The position numbers were made by a program, and so were the translations under genes. DNA of 64,000 nt, taken from Flavobacteriaceae bacterium (GTDB taxonomy: Bacteria > Bacteroidota > Bacteroidia > Flavobacteriales > Flavobacteriaceae). The notes under the pieces are model-generated. The model was given only the letters and a program-made list of their open reading frames with translations, made no database searches and was not told where the DNA came from. Each line of letters begins with the position of its first letter. Position 1 is the stretch's first letter. The stretch is from contig CBDCKV010000008.1 of NCBI GenBank assembly GCA_965218355.1, forward strand, positions 50,634 through 114,633. Reading direction: 5' to 3'. Shown piece after piece: positions 48,562-59,381 of this stretch.

Positions 48562-49578
48562 ATGAAAATTATAGTACCTATGGCGGGAGTTGGCTCTCGT
48601 TTAAGACCACACACATTAACGATCCCTAAACCCTTAACGGTAATTGCTGGAAAACCAATTGTACAAAGATTGGTAGAAGACATTAGCACTGTTGTCAATC
48701 AGAAAATTGATGAAATAGCGTTTATTATTGGCCCTGCAACAAAAGGGTTTCCTGCAGACACTTCAAAAAAACTAAAGGCCATTGCTGCCTCATTAGGTGC
48801 TAAAGGATCTGTGTATGTTCAAGAAGAAGCTTTGGGCACAGCTCATGCAATTTATTGCGCAAAGCAATCCATATCAGGACCTTGTGTGGTGGCTTTTGCA
48901 GACACTTTGTTTAAAGCAGATTTCACCTTAGACGCCAATGCAGACGGTGCTATTTGGGTAAAACAAGTAGCAGATCCTAGTGCTTTTGGTGTTGTAAAAC
49001 TAAAGGATGGAGTGATTACAGATTTTGTAGAAAAACCAACAACCTTTGTTTCAGACTTAGCTATTATTGGTATTTATTATTTTAAAGATGGTGATAAATT
49101 ACTATCCGAAATAGACCATTTAATACGCAATGATATTCGCCCTTCAGGCGAATTTCAATTGACAGAAGTGTTGGAATCTTTAAAACAACAAGGCGCAAAG
49201 TTTGTTCCCGGACAAGTGAGTACATGGATGGATTGTGGTAAAAAAGATCCTACAGTAGACACCAACACCCAAGTATTACAATTTGAACTTGCCGCAGGAA
49301 ATAATTTGGTAGCAAAAGACGTTGTAATAAACAATGCTACTATTGTACAGCCTTGCTTTATAGGAGAGAATGTCGTTTTAAAAAACAGTACTATTGGGCC
49401 CAATGTATCGATTGGCGCCAACAGTGTTATAACAGACGCCACAATTACCAATTCGCTCATACAAACCAATGTTGAAATTAAGAATGCCAGTTTAGACCAA
49501 GCAATGATTGGTAATTTTGCCAAATACAATGGGAAATATACTTCTGTAAGTATTGGTGATTATACAGAGCTAACATAA
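48562..49578 (+). CDS. Sugar-phosphate nucleotidyltransferase
   Basis: PMAGVGSRLRPHT..PKPL, FVEKP, C-terminal beta-helix repeats. Confidence 0.88.
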   Translation: MKIIVPMAGVGSRLRPHTLTIPKPLTVIAGKPIVQRLVEDISTVVNQKIDEIAFIIGPATKGFPADTSKKLKAIAASLGAKGSVYVQEEALGTAHAIYCAKQSISGPCVVAFADTLFKADFTLDANADGAIWVKQVADPSAFGVVKLKDGVITDFVEKPTTFVSDLAIIGIYYFKDGDKLLSEIDHLIRNDIRPSGEFQLTEVLESLKQQGAKFVPGQVSTWMDCGKKDPTVDTNTQVLQFELAAGNNLVAKDVVINNATIVQPCFIGENVVLKNSTIGPNVSIGANSVITDATITNSLIQTNVEIKNASLDQAMIGNFAKYNGKYTSVSIGDYTELT

Positions 49579-49588
49579 ATTATACCAC

Positions 49589-50356
49589 ATGAAGTTGCCT
49601 GTTTTTATTCTTGCTTTTTTTCTGGTCTTTGCGTCCTGTACCTCTTCACGTTCAGTAACCGGAACGGCTGTCGCAAAGAAGACATCTGCAAGACGCATTT
49701 TAAAAAGGCATTTGGCAAGTAGTTTTGATAAAAAAACCATCAATGCAAAGTTTAAAGTGCTGTATAAAACGAAAAAAACAAAAGTGGGTTTTTCTGTACA
49801 GATGAAATTGAAAAAAGACAGTATTATTTGGTTAAAAGGAAGTAAGTTTATAACGCTATTTAAAGCAAAAATAACCCCTACAAGCGTACAATATTACGCG
49901 CCCTATACCAAAGAATATTTTGATGGCGATTTTTCTATGCTAGAGAAACTATTAGGAACTCCTATTAATTTTCAACAACTACAACAACTGTTTTTAGGGG
50001 AAGCAATTCGCGCTACAAAAAAGAAAAAATACCGTGTCGCTATTGAAGACAACGCACACGTGTTGTCGCCAAAAAAACAAGCGGCACTGTTTGAGTTGTT
50101 CTACTTTATAAACCCTGTACATTACAAATTAAACAAGCAATCTGTTGTAGGCACAAAGAACCAACAACGATTAGATGTTGTGTATCCTTCATACTCAGTG
50201 CATGACGGCGAGTTTTTTCCAGATAAAATTCAGATTCAAGCACAACAAAAACAACGGAAGACACAAATTTCTTTTACGACAAGAGCGGTCTCTTTTGATA
50301 CGAATATTCGTTTTTCTTTTCAAATACCTAAGGGGTACAAAGCACTTATGTTATAA
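49589..50356 (+). CDS. Lipoprotein, DUF4292-like
   Basis: Lipobox FASC; LLGTPINFQQLQ.LFLG; F.IPKGY C-terminus. Confidence 0.72.
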   Translation: MKLPVFILAFFLVFASCTSSRSVTGTAVAKKTSARRILKRHLASSFDKKTINAKFKVLYKTKKTKVGFSVQMKLKKDSIIWLKGSKFITLFKAKITPTSVQYYAPYTKEYFDGDFSMLEKLLGTPINFQQLQQLFLGEAIRATKKKKYRVAIEDNAHVLSPKKQAALFELFYFINPVHYKLNKQSVVGTKNQQRLDVVYPSYSVHDGEFFPDKIQIQAQQKQRKTQISFTTRAVSFDTNIRFSFQIPKGYKALML

Positions 50357-51564
50357 TGAAAAAAACGTGTTTATTTTTCGTCATTTGTATTTTTGTAACG
50401 GTGTTTTCGGCGAATGGACAAACACGGAAACAACTGGAGGCTTCTCGAAAAAAACTAAAAACAGAGATTCGAAAAGTAAACAAGTTATTGTTTGAAACCC
50501 AGCGCAAAGAAAAAAATGCATTAGAAGATTTAAAAGACTTGAATCAGAAAATTTCGGTACGCACAGCATTTATCAATGCTATTCGTTTAGAGGCAAATGT
50601 ATTGTCTACTGAAATTGACACCAACGAAAAAACCTTGGCTACTTTAGAAAAAACCTTGGCAGGAGTGAAGGCAGATTACGCCGATATGATTTTTAAATCA
50701 TACAAAAGTAAGTCGCAACAAAACCGCACTTTGTTTTTACTCTCTTCAAAAAGTTTTTACCAAGCGTATAAGCGTTTGCAATACATGAATCAATACGCTG
50801 CTTTTCGAAAAAAACAAGGAGAAGAAATTGTAGAGCAAACAGTAAAAATTCAAAAATTTACCGACTCGTTGCAGTTTAAGAAGCAGTTAAAAGATACATT
50901 ATTGTTTTCTGAAAAAGAACAACAGTTAAAGATAGAAGGCGATAAAAAGGTACAAGAGAAATTAGTCTCTACCATTAAAAAGAAAGAAAAACGCTATAAA
51001 AGATCGTTGTTAAAAAAGCAACGAAAAGATGCGAAGATTGCAAAAAAAATAGACAAACTTATTCGAGACGCTATTGCGAAAGCAAACAAAAGAAGAGGCG
51101 CTAAAAAGTCTTCTGGGTTCATTTTAAGCCCCGCAGCAAAAGCATTGGCTGCTAAATTCGCATCGAACAAAGGGAAACTTCCTTGGCCTGTTGCCAAAGG
51201 ATTGGTCACTCGTAAGTTTGGGGTGCAACCACACCCTACCATTGGAGGGATTACAATTAACAGCACAGGACTTCATATTGTTACAGAAAAAGGCGCCACA
51301 GCTACCTGTGTTTTTAAAGGAAAGGTACTTGGGGTTCAGCTATTGGCAGAAGGGAAGAAGGCCGTACTGGTACAGCACGGAAACTATATTACGGCGTATA
51401 ACAACTTAGATACGTTGTATGTAAAAAAAGGAGATGAGGTACGTACGGGTCAATCTATAGGTAAAATATTCACCAATAAAGTAACGGGAAAAACGACACT
51501 GGTTTTTGTGTTGTTTAAAAACACATTGCGCCTGAACCCATCTTCATGGATCTTAAAAAGGTAG
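50356..51564 (+). CDS. envC: EnvC-like murein hydrolase activator (coiled coil + degenerate M23)
   Basis: Signal peptide, long coiled coil, KGKLPWPV, M23-like domain lacking canonical Zn ligands. Confidence 0.82.
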   Translation: MKKTCLFFVICIFVTVFSANGQTRKQLEASRKKLKTEIRKVNKLLFETQRKEKNALEDLKDLNQKISVRTAFINAIRLEANVLSTEIDTNEKTLATLEKTLAGVKADYADMIFKSYKSKSQQNRTLFLLSSKSFYQAYKRLQYMNQYAAFRKKQGEEIVEQTVKIQKFTDSLQFKKQLKDTLLFSEKEQQLKIEGDKKVQEKLVSTIKKKEKRYKRSLLKKQRKDAKIAKKIDKLIRDAIAKANKRRGAKKSSGFILSPAAKALAAKFASNKGKLPWPVAKGLVTRKFGVQPHPTIGGITINSTGLHIVTEKGATATCVFKGKVLGVQLLAEGKKAVLVQHGNYITAYNNLDTLYVKKGDEVRTGQSIGKIFTNKVTGKTTLVFVLFKNTLRLNPSSWILKR

Positions 51565-51567
51565 TGA

Positions 51568-52077
51568 TTAAAGAAATAAAGCTTTTAATTCAGTAGCATC
51601 GTTGGGTTTCATTTTCCCAGTAAGCACCAAACTCAATTGTTTTCTTCTAAGTGCACCATCAAATCGTTCAATTTCTAGTGGTGTTTCAGGAATAATTTGT
51701 GGCACTGGTACAGGGCTTCCTGTTTCATCCACAGCAACAAACGTATAAATTCCTTCGTTTACTCTTGTTTTCCCACCAGACTCGCGATCTTCAATCCAAA
51801 CATCTACATAAATCTCCATAGAGGAGTTAAATGCACGTGAAACTTTGGCTTCAACAGTCACCACACTTCCTACAGGAACCGCCTTACTAAAAGCAACATG
51901 GTTTACAGATGCGGTTACAACAATTCTACGAGAATGGCGTCTTGCAGCAATACTACATGCGCGGTCCATTCTTGCTAATAATTCTCCACCAAACAAGTTG
52001 TTTAATGGGTTTGTTTCTCCTGGAAGCACCATGTCTGTTAAGACCGTTAACGATTCTTTAGATGTTTTTGCTTGCAT
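51568..52077 (-). CDS. Acyl-CoA thioesterase (hotdog, YciA-like)
   Basis: NLFGGELLARMD, VVTASV, TFVAVD; TATCTTTG -7 element at 52096-52103. Confidence 0.9.
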   Translation of the reverse strand: MQAKTSKESLTVLTDMVLPGETNPLNNLFGGELLARMDRACSIAARRHSRRIVVTASVNHVAFSKAVPVGSVVTVEAKVSRAFNSSMEIYVDVWIEDRESGGKTRVNEGIYTFVAVDETGSPVPVPQIIPETPLEIERFDGALRRKQLSLVLTGKMKPNDATELKALFL

Positions 52078-52163
52078 AACACTGGTTTTACAGTGCAAAG
52101 ATAGACAAACACACAGAATGCGCGACTAAAAAGAAAGAAATTTAACAAGAAGAGTTGTGTCTA

Positions 52164-53063
52164 TTATTGTACAAACAACCAAGCGTCTTTCGCTGTTGTT
52201 TTTTGAATTTCCCTCAAAACAACGACCGCTTTTTTACGTGTTTCTAAGCTGGCAAAAGCGACCTGAGTTAAGTCCCATTTGTTTTTCCCTAGTACTACAG
52301 CATCAAAACCTTGTGTTTTTAACTGTTGTACTTTTTTTACAGCATTTTCAGGAAACTGAAAAGCACCTGCAATGATGTGGAATTTTTTTTCAACCGCTTT
52401 ATGAACGGTAAGGTGAATTGTAGGAAGCGGTTTGTTGATGACAAATGTAGCCGCTTGTATTTTTTGCTCTAAGGCTTTTTCTTGTTGCGCAAAGAGCTCT
52501 TTTTCTTGTTGATTTTGGTAGCCATTCCAACTTGTAGCAAGTAAAGAAACTACGACGGCTGCAGTTGCTACGTATTTTACAAACAACGGAAGTACTCTTG
52601 CGCTCTTTTCTCTTGGTGTAGGGAGGTCTGTTATTACCTGTTTTATTCTAGGAACTGCAGGTGAAGTAAGGGGCGACAACCCAAAAGAGGTTGGTAAAAA
52701 ATTATGTGCATTGCTCGGGTTAAAAACAAGTTGTTGTTTTTCATTTAAGTGAAAAGTCCCAATATTTGAAAGTAATATCGATGTCTTTTCCAATGCTGTA
52801 TCCCAAGTAGCAACACTCGTTTCAATAAATTCAACGGCATTTTCAAAAGAAATTTTCTGACACGAAGCAATATAATTAGCTAACAATCCATCGTTGTGCT
52901 GTAAATTTACATTAAATGTAAGCTGTTTTGTAGGCGGATAAAAAGTATGTGTAAAGTGGTTTACTTTTGTAGGAATCGTATTGCTAATAAAACCGCCAAA
53001 GGCAGGAACAATTACACAATCATATCGGTATAGTAAGTCGTTGATGTAGTTGGCGAGTGTCAT
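52164..53063 (-). CDS. HU-CCDC81-like and SPOR domain membrane protein
   Basis: LLYRYDCVIVPAFGGF, NDGLL, TM segment, FHIIAGAF...DAWL SPOR. Confidence 0.82.
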   Translation of the reverse strand: MTLANYINDLLYRYDCVIVPAFGGFISNTIPTKVNHFTHTFYPPTKQLTFNVNLQHNDGLLANYIASCQKISFENAVEFIETSVATWDTALEKTSILLSNIGTFHLNEKQQLVFNPSNAHNFLPTSFGLSPLTSPAVPRIKQVITDLPTPREKSARVLPLFVKYVATAAVVVSLLATSWNGYQNQQEKELFAQQEKALEQKIQAATFVINKPLPTIHLTVHKAVEKKFHIIAGAFQFPENAVKKVQQLKTQGFDAVVLGKNKWDLTQVAFASLETRKKAVVVLREIQKTTAKDAWLFVQ

Positions 53064-53158
53064 GATAACAAAGATAGAAAAATTAAGCGCCAATAGAAAA
53101 TCTAATTTTAAAAATTACAAGTGAGAATTTTGTATATTGATACGGAAATTTCTACGCT

Positions 53159-54262
53159 ATGGAAACAGAAACTTTACATGCAATTTTGCGTTTACAAAAC
53201 GCAACGAATATTGGGCCAATTTTGGCAAAAAAACTCATTGTTGCAACCGGAGATGTGTCGCAAATTTTTAAAGAAAAAGCACAAGTTTTAGAAAAAATAC
53301 ACGGTATTGGAAGCACCGCAATACGGCATTTATTTGCGAGTAAAAATGAAAAAAACGCAGACAAAGAGTTGCGGTACATTCAAGAAACCAACTGTAAGTA
53401 TACGTATTTTTTAGACCCTTCTTTTCCTGCAAACTTAGCACACTGTGTAGACGGTCCGTTGTTATTGTTTAGTAAAGGAGTCATCAATTTTTCCAACCCA
53501 AGAATACTCTCTATTGTAGGAACAAGAAACATGACTCCTTATGGCAATCACTTTTGCAATCAGTTTATAGAAGCCTTGGCGCCATACAACCCAATTATTA
53601 TTAGTGGGTTTGCCTACGGGATCGACATTACAGCACATAAAGCAGCAATGAAACACGGCTTACAAACGGTTGCTGTTTTGGCGCACGGGTTGGAAACAAT
53701 GTATCCGAAGGCACATCAAAAATACAGCAATCAGCTGCAAGAAAATGGTGGGTTTCTTACCGAATTTTGGCACGATGAGACTCCTTTTCGAACGAATTTT
53801 TTACAAAGAAATAGAATTGTTGCGGGTATTTCTAAGGCAACTGTTGTGATAGAATCTGCCGTAAAAGGAGGGTCATTGGTAACCGCAGACATCGCCAATT
53901 CTTACAATAGAGATGTTTTTGCTTTACCAGGTAAAAGCACCGATCGATTTAGTAAGGGCTGTAACCGCCTTATTCAAACCAATCAAGCACACTTGCTCGA
54001 CTCGGCTTCTGATATTGTAAAGATGTTAAATTGGGACCTCACGGAAACTCCTAAAAAACCGATTCAACAACAATTATTTGTCAGTTTTACTCCAGAAGAA
54101 CAAGACGTGTACAACACCTTGCTAGCTCAAGGAACACTTTCATTAGACGCTCTTTCAAAAACCTGTGAAATGCCTACTTATAAAATGGCGCCGTTGCTCT
54201 TACAATTAGAATTAAAAGGAGTTTTACAGCTGCTTCCAGGAAAACAATTCAAACCACTTTAA
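53159..54262 (+). CDS. dprA: DNA-processing protein DprA
   Basis: IVGTR, SGFAYGID..AH, FLQRNRIVAG, GGSLVTA, VFALPG. Confidence 0.95.
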   Translation: METETLHAILRLQNATNIGPILAKKLIVATGDVSQIFKEKAQVLEKIHGIGSTAIRHLFASKNEKNADKELRYIQETNCKYTYFLDPSFPANLAHCVDGPLLLFSKGVINFSNPRILSIVGTRNMTPYGNHFCNQFIEALAPYNPIIISGFAYGIDITAHKAAMKHGLQTVAVLAHGLETMYPKAHQKYSNQLQENGGFLTEFWHDETPFRTNFLQRNRIVAGISKATVVIESAVKGGSLVTADIANSYNRDVFALPGKSTDRFSKGCNRLIQTNQAHLLDSASDIVKMLNWDLTETPKKPIQQQLFVSFTPEEQDVYNTLLAQGTLSLDALSKTCEMPTYKMAPLLLQLELKGVLQLLPGKQFKPL

Positions 54263-54319
54263 AAAGGAACCCGACTTTACATAAGGTCATATACGGGAAT
54301 CTTTGTATTTTTGCGACTT

Positions 54320-55525
54320 ATGATAGATGAAAAGAAAGTGCTTTCAGAAAAAACGGTACTTATAGGTGTAATTACACAGCTACAAGACGAAATTCAATCG
54401 ACTGAATATTTAGACGAACTGGAGTTTTTAACACAAACTGCCGGAGGGGTTTCTGTAAAACGATTTACTCAAAAATTAGAGAAACCCCATCCTAAAACAT
54501 TTATTGGTACAGGAAAATTAGAAGAAGTTGCGACTTATATCGAAACGCATGCAATTGGTACGGCTATTTTTGATGACGAGTTGTCTCCAGCTCAAATTAG
54601 AAATATTGAAAAAGTATTGGATTGTAAAATTTTAGATCGCACCAATCTGATTCTTGATATTTTTGCACAAAGAGCGCAAACAAGTTCTGCTAAAACCCAA
54701 GTAGAATTGGCGCAATGCCAGTATTTACTACCAAGATTAACACGTTTATGGACACACCTCGACAAACAAAAAGGAGGTATTGGAATGCGTGGACCTGGAG
54801 AAACAGAGATTGAAACCGATCGAAGAATTATTCGCGATAAAATAGTGTTGTTAAAAAAGAAGTTAGCCACCATTGATAAGCAAATGGCTGTGCAACGTAA
54901 GAACCGCGGAAAAATGGTGCGTGTTGCTTTGGTAGGTTACACCAATGTTGGAAAATCGACCCTAATGAACGTGATTAGCAAGAGCGATGTTTTTGCAGAA
55001 AACAAACTTTTTGCAACTTTAGATACGACCGTGCGAAAAGTTGTGGTAAAAAATATTCCTTTTCTACTAACAGACACTGTTGGGTTTATTAGAAAGCTAC
55101 CCACACAATTGGTCGAGTCGTTTAAATCTACGTTAGATGAAGTGCGCGAAGCCGATTTGCTGTTGCACGTAGTTGATATTTCTCACCCTAATTTTGAAGA
55201 CCATATTGCTTCGGTAAACACCGTTTTAAACGAGATTAAAAGTGGGGACAAGCCTACAATTATCGTGTTTAATAAAATAGACAATTACACACATCAAACC
55301 ATTGATGAAGATGATTTGGTTACCGAAAGAACTAGCGATCACTATTCTTTAGAAGACTGGAAAAACACCTGGATGAACGACTTAGAAAGCACCAGTGTTT
55401 TTATTTCTGCATTAAACAAAGACAACATAGAGTCCTTTAAAGAAGTGGTTTATAACAAAGTACGCGAAATTCACATTCAACGTTTTCCGTATAATAATTT
55501 CTTATACGACGAATACACAGAGTAG
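54320..55525 (+). CDS. hflX: GTPase HflX
   Basis: GPGETEIETDRR, GYTNVGKS, FATLD, DTVGF, NKID. Confidence 0.97.
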   Translation: MIDEKKVLSEKTVLIGVITQLQDEIQSTEYLDELEFLTQTAGGVSVKRFTQKLEKPHPKTFIGTGKLEEVATYIETHAIGTAIFDDELSPAQIRNIEKVLDCKILDRTNLILDIFAQRAQTSSAKTQVELAQCQYLLPRLTRLWTHLDKQKGGIGMRGPGETEIETDRRIIRDKIVLLKKKLATIDKQMAVQRKNRGKMVRVALVGYTNVGKSTLMNVISKSDVFAENKLFATLDTTVRKVVVKNIPFLLTDTVGFIRKLPTQLVESFKSTLDEVREADLLLHVVDISHPNFEDHIASVNTVLNEIKSGDKPTIIVFNKIDNYTHQTIDEDDLVTERTSDHYSLEDWKNTWMNDLESTSVFISALNKDNIESFKEVVYNKVREIHIQRFPYNNFLYDEYTE

Positions 55526-55562
55526 TTTACAAAAGAGAAGTATCACAGACAAATAGCACGCG

Positions 55563-56669
55563 ATGGAATTTAGTTATTGGGAATTAAAAGAGTGGTTTAG
55601 CCAAGTAGATTTTACCATTGTAGGAAGTGGTATTGTTGGATTAAACTGTGCAATTTCTTTACAAGACAGGTATCCTTCGGCTAAAATAGTAGTCTTGGAG
55701 AAAGGGATGTTACCGCAAGGCGCAAGCACCAAGAATGCAGGCTTTGCATGTTTTGGAAGCTTGTCTGAGTTGTTAGACGACTTACAAACGCACAGCGAAC
55801 AAGAAGTGCTCAGCTTGGTACAGAAACGATGGGACGGCTTACAGTTACTGCGTAAAATGTTGGGCGATAAAGCCATCGATTTTCAACAAAAAAAAGGCTA
55901 CGAACTGTTTACTGACGAAGCCTTGTATCAGCAATGTTTTACTCAAAAATCATACATCAATCAGTTGTTAGACCCAGTGTTTAAAGCGCCTGTTTTTTCC
56001 GTTTCAGAAAACACATTTGGTTTTCAGAAAATTTGTAAAAATTATGGGGTTAATGCTTTTGAAGGACAGATAGATACCGGAAAGATGATGGCAGCATTAT
56101 TAGCTGTTGCACAGAAAAAAGGCATCCGAATTTTAAACAACTGTACGGTAACAGCATTTACAGATACAGGTACACAGGTTGCTATTCAGACAAATGCCCA
56201 TCAATTTAATACGCGAAAATTAGTGGTCGCTACCAATGGTTTTGCACAGCAATTGTTAGCAGAAAAAGTACAACCAGCTAGAGCACAAGTATTGGTGACA
56301 AAACCGATAAAAAACTTGCACATTGAGGGAACTTTCCACTTAGACAAAGGCTATTATTATTTTAGAAATATTGATCAACGTATTTTGTTTGGAGGCGGAA
56401 GAAACTTAGATTTTACGACTGAAAAAACCACTGAATTTGGGCAAACGGAAACAGTTCAAAAGGCATTAGAAACGATGTTACGAGAAACCATTTTACCCAA
56501 CACCCCTTTTGAGGTTGCGCATCGTTGGAGTGGTATTATGGGTGTGGGTACTCAGAAAAAAGCCATTGTAAAACCCTTGTCTACCAATGTGGTTTGCGGT
56601 GTTCGCTTAGGAGGTATGGGAGTCGCTATTGGAAGTTTGGTAGGTCAAGAGGCTGCAAAATTGCTGTAA
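55563..56669 (+). CDS. FAD-dependent oxidoreductase (DAO family)
   Basis: VGSGIVG, GASTKNAG, ATNG, WSGIMG. Confidence 0.85.
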   Translation: MEFSYWELKEWFSQVDFTIVGSGIVGLNCAISLQDRYPSAKIVVLEKGMLPQGASTKNAGFACFGSLSELLDDLQTHSEQEVLSLVQKRWDGLQLLRKMLGDKAIDFQQKKGYELFTDEALYQQCFTQKSYINQLLDPVFKAPVFSVSENTFGFQKICKNYGVNAFEGQIDTGKMMAALLAVAQKKGIRILNNCTVTAFTDTGTQVAIQTNAHQFNTRKLVVATNGFAQQLLAEKVQPARAQVLVTKPIKNLHIEGTFHLDKGYYYFRNIDQRILFGGGRNLDFTTEKTTEFGQTETVQKALETMLRETILPNTPFEVAHRWSGIMGVGTQKKAIVKPLSTNVVCGVRLGGMGVAIGSLVGQEAAKLL

Positions 56670-56679
56670 AAATAATTTG

Positions 56680-57129
56680 ATGACTTGCAAAGAAACACTG
56701 TATAGATACTGCCAAACACAAGTAACACAACAGTTATTGATTTTAGAAAATACCCTAGCTTCACATCAAAAAGCATTGCTTTCTGAAACCAAAAGTTCTG
56801 CTGGAGACAAGCACGAGACAGGTAGAGCGATGGTGCAGTTAGAGATGGAAAAAACAGGCAAACAACTACAGGAATCGGCCAAGTTACAAGCCGTTTTAGC
56901 CCAACTAAATTACATCAAGAAAAACAAACATGTTTGTTTGGGAAGTCTTGTGTATACTAATAAAGGCATTTACTTTATTAGTGTAAGTCTTGGGAAAATA
57001 ACAAGTAAAAACATTGATTATTATGCCGTTTCCCCACAGGCTCCTATTGGGAGAGTTTTGTTAGGAAAACAAGCAGGTGATACCGTTGTTTGGAATGACC
57101 AGTCTTTAAAAATTCTAGAGATAGCCTAA
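56680..57129 (+). CDS. GreA/GreB-like protein
   Basis: Coiled coil with ETKSSAGDKHETGR tip; C-terminal S..APIG..LLGK..GD. Confidence 0.7.
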   Translation: MTCKETLYRYCQTQVTQQLLILENTLASHQKALLSETKSSAGDKHETGRAMVQLEMEKTGKQLQESAKLQAVLAQLNYIKKNKHVCLGSLVYTNKGIYFISVSLGKITSKNIDYYAVSPQAPIGRVLLGKQAGDTVVWNDQSLKILEIA

Positions 57130-57140
57130 AGCACTCTTCC

Positions 57141-59288
57141 TTATTTTTTTAAAACCTCTTTAGGCGGATTGGGCAATTTTTTATACCCCATGTTAAAGAG
57201 TGTAAATCCAAAAGTATCTGCGTATTGTTTAATGGTTTTTGCAACAGGAGTTCCTGCTCCATGCCCTGCATTGGTTTCAATTCTAATAAGTACAGGGTTT
57301 GTACCCGTTTGTTTGTCTTGCAATGCTGCGGCAAATTTAAAACTATGCGCGGGTACCACACGATCATCATGGTCTCCAGTCGTAATTAATGTTGCTGGGT
57401 ATGCTGTTCCTTTGCGTACGTTGTGCACAGGAGAATAGTTCTTTAAATAAGCGAACATTTCTTTGCTTTGGTGGGCAGTACCGTAATCATATGCCCATCC
57501 TGCACCTGCTGTAAAAGTATGGTAACGCAACATGTCTAAAACACCAACACCCGGTAAGGCAACTTTCATTAAATCGGGACGCTGAGTCATTGTAGCACCT
57601 ACAAGCAAACCACCATTTGAGCGACCACTAATTGCTAAATATGCCGAGCTGGTATATTTTTCTGCAATTAAATACTCTGCAGCCGCAATAAAATCATCAA
57701 AGACATTTTGTTTTTGTAATTGAGTTCCAGCATCGTGCCATGCTTTTCCATACTCACCGCCACCACGTAAATTAGGGACCGCATAGATTCCACCTTGCTC
57801 CATCCAAACAGCATTGGCTATTTTAAAGGAAGGAGTTAAACTGATATTGAATCCGCCATAACCATATAAAATGGTTGGGTTCTTGCCTGTTAATTTCAAG
57901 CCTTTTTTATAGGTAATGATCATTGGAATTTTAGTGCCGTCTTTAGACGTGTAAAACACTTGTTTACTTTCGTAGTTTTCCGAATGAAAGTCAATAGCAG
58001 GCTTCCAATACGTCGTGTACTCTCCAGTGGCTACGTCTAATTTGTAAGTTGTGCTTGGCGTGCTATAATTAGTGAATGAAAAATAAAGCGTGGTATCTTT
58101 TTCTTTCCCACTAAAACCACCAGAAGAACCTACGCCGGGCAGTGCTATTTCTCGTACAAATTTTCCCGATGAATTGTATTGCAGTACTTTAGAAACCGCA
58201 TCTACCATATATTCGGCAAAGAAGTAGCCACCTCCGGTAGAAGGGCTTAAAACATGTTCTGTTTCTGCAATAAAATCTTGCCAATTTGCTGTTTGTGGAT
58301 GCGCAGCATCTACGGTTACAATTTTTTTGTTGGGTGCGTTTAAATTGGTAACAATGTATAAGGTGTTTTTTTGGTTTTCAATAATATAGCTATCGCTATC
58401 AAAGTTGTCTACGAGCGTTTGCAAAGGACTGTTAGGGCTCGATAAATCTTTTAAAAATAATTTATTACCAGAGGTAGAGGTCGCTGCGGTAATCACCAAA
58501 TAATTATTGTCTTCTGTTACGTACCCTCCAACATATCGATATTTTTTTTCGTGCCCAAAAACAAGTTCATCGGCAGCTTGTGGTGTTCCTAATTTGTGGT
58601 AGTATAGCTTGTGTTGGTCTGTTTTTGCAGACAACTCACTTCCTTTAGGCTTGTCGTAACTTGCGTAGTAAAACCCTTCGTTCCCTTTCCATGAAATTCC
58701 TGAAAATTTTACATCCACTAAGGTGTCGCCTACACTTTCTTTATTAGCTGTTTTTCGAACAATAATTTTTCGCCAATCGCTTCCGCCTTCAGAAATTTCA
58801 TAAGCTACGAGTTTACCATTTTTAGAAAATTGAACACTCCCTAAAGAGGTAGTGCCGTCTTCAGAAAAAGTATTAGGGTCTAAGAAAACAGTTGCTTTTT
58901 CTCCTTCTTTCTGACGGTATAAAACATATTGGTTTTGCAAACCATCATTTTTGTAGTAATAAGTATCTGAGCCTTCTGTAAATGGCGCAGATATTTTTTC
59001 ATAATTCCATAAGGTTGCCAACCGGTCTTTCAGTTGTTTTCTGTAGGGAATTTGATCTAAGTAATTGAAAGTTACTTTGTTTTCTGTTTGTACCCAAGCG
59101 GCAGTTTCATCACTTTTATCATCCTCTAACCATCGGTATGCATCAGGTACATCAGTGCCAAAATAAGTATCTATTACGGTGTCTTTTTTTGTGGTAGGAT
59201 AGTTCACAAGAGTTGTTTTTTTAGGAATTTGTTTACAAGAAAGAATGAAAGCGCTTGCAATACAAAAGAGGAGTAATGAATTTTTCAT
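57141..59288 (-). CDS. Prolyl oligopeptidase (S9A), lipoprotein
   Basis: Lipobox [26 protein letters not shown] triad. Confidence 0.95.
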   Translation of the reverse strand: MKNSLLLFCIASAFILSCKQIPKKTTLVNYPTTKKDTVIDTYFGTDVPDAYRWLEDDKSDETAAWVQTENKVTFNYLDQIPYRKQLKDRLATLWNYEKISAPFTEGSDTYYYKNDGLQNQYVLYRQKEGEKATVFLDPNTFSEDGTTSLGSVQFSKNGKLVAYEISEGGSDWRKIIVRKTANKESVGDTLVDVKFSGISWKGNEGFYYASYDKPKGSELSAKTDQHKLYYHKLGTPQAADELVFGHEKKYRYVGGYVTEDNNYLVITAATSTSGNKLFLKDLSSPNSPLQTLVDNFDSDSYIIENQKNTLYIVTNLNAPNKKIVTVDAAHPQTANWQDFIAETEHVLSPSTGGGYFFAEYMVDAVSKVLQYNSSGKFVREIALPGVGSSGGFSGKEKDTTLYFSFTNYSTPSTTYKLDVATGEYTTYWKPAIDFHSENYESKQVFYTSKDGTKIPMIITYKKGLKLTGKNPTILYGYGGFNISLTPSFKIANAVWMEQGGIYAVPNLRGGGEYGKAWHDAGTQLQKQNVFDDFIAAAEYLIAEKYTSSAYLAISGRSNGGLLVGATMTQRPDLMKVALPGVGVLDMLRYHTFTAGAGWAYDYGTAHQSKEMFAYLKNYSPVHNVRKGTAYPATLITTGDHDDRVVPAHSFKFAAALQDKQTGTNPVLIRIETNAGHGAGTPVAKTIKQYADTFGFTLFNMGYKKLPNPPKEVLKK

Positions 59289-59324
59289 AAAAATGGAATT
59301 AAAAATAAGGTGTTCAAAGTTAAT

Positions 59325-59359
59325 AAAAAAACCGTTTCAAAACAGGTTGAAACGGTTTT
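59325..59359 (-). terminator. Intrinsic terminator after the DoxX-like gene
   Basis: AAAACCGTTTCAA / TTGAAACGGTTTT stem; A-run gives a U-tract on the minus strand. Confidence 0.8.
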
Positions 59360-59381
59360 AGTAAAAAAGTGTAATGAAGGA

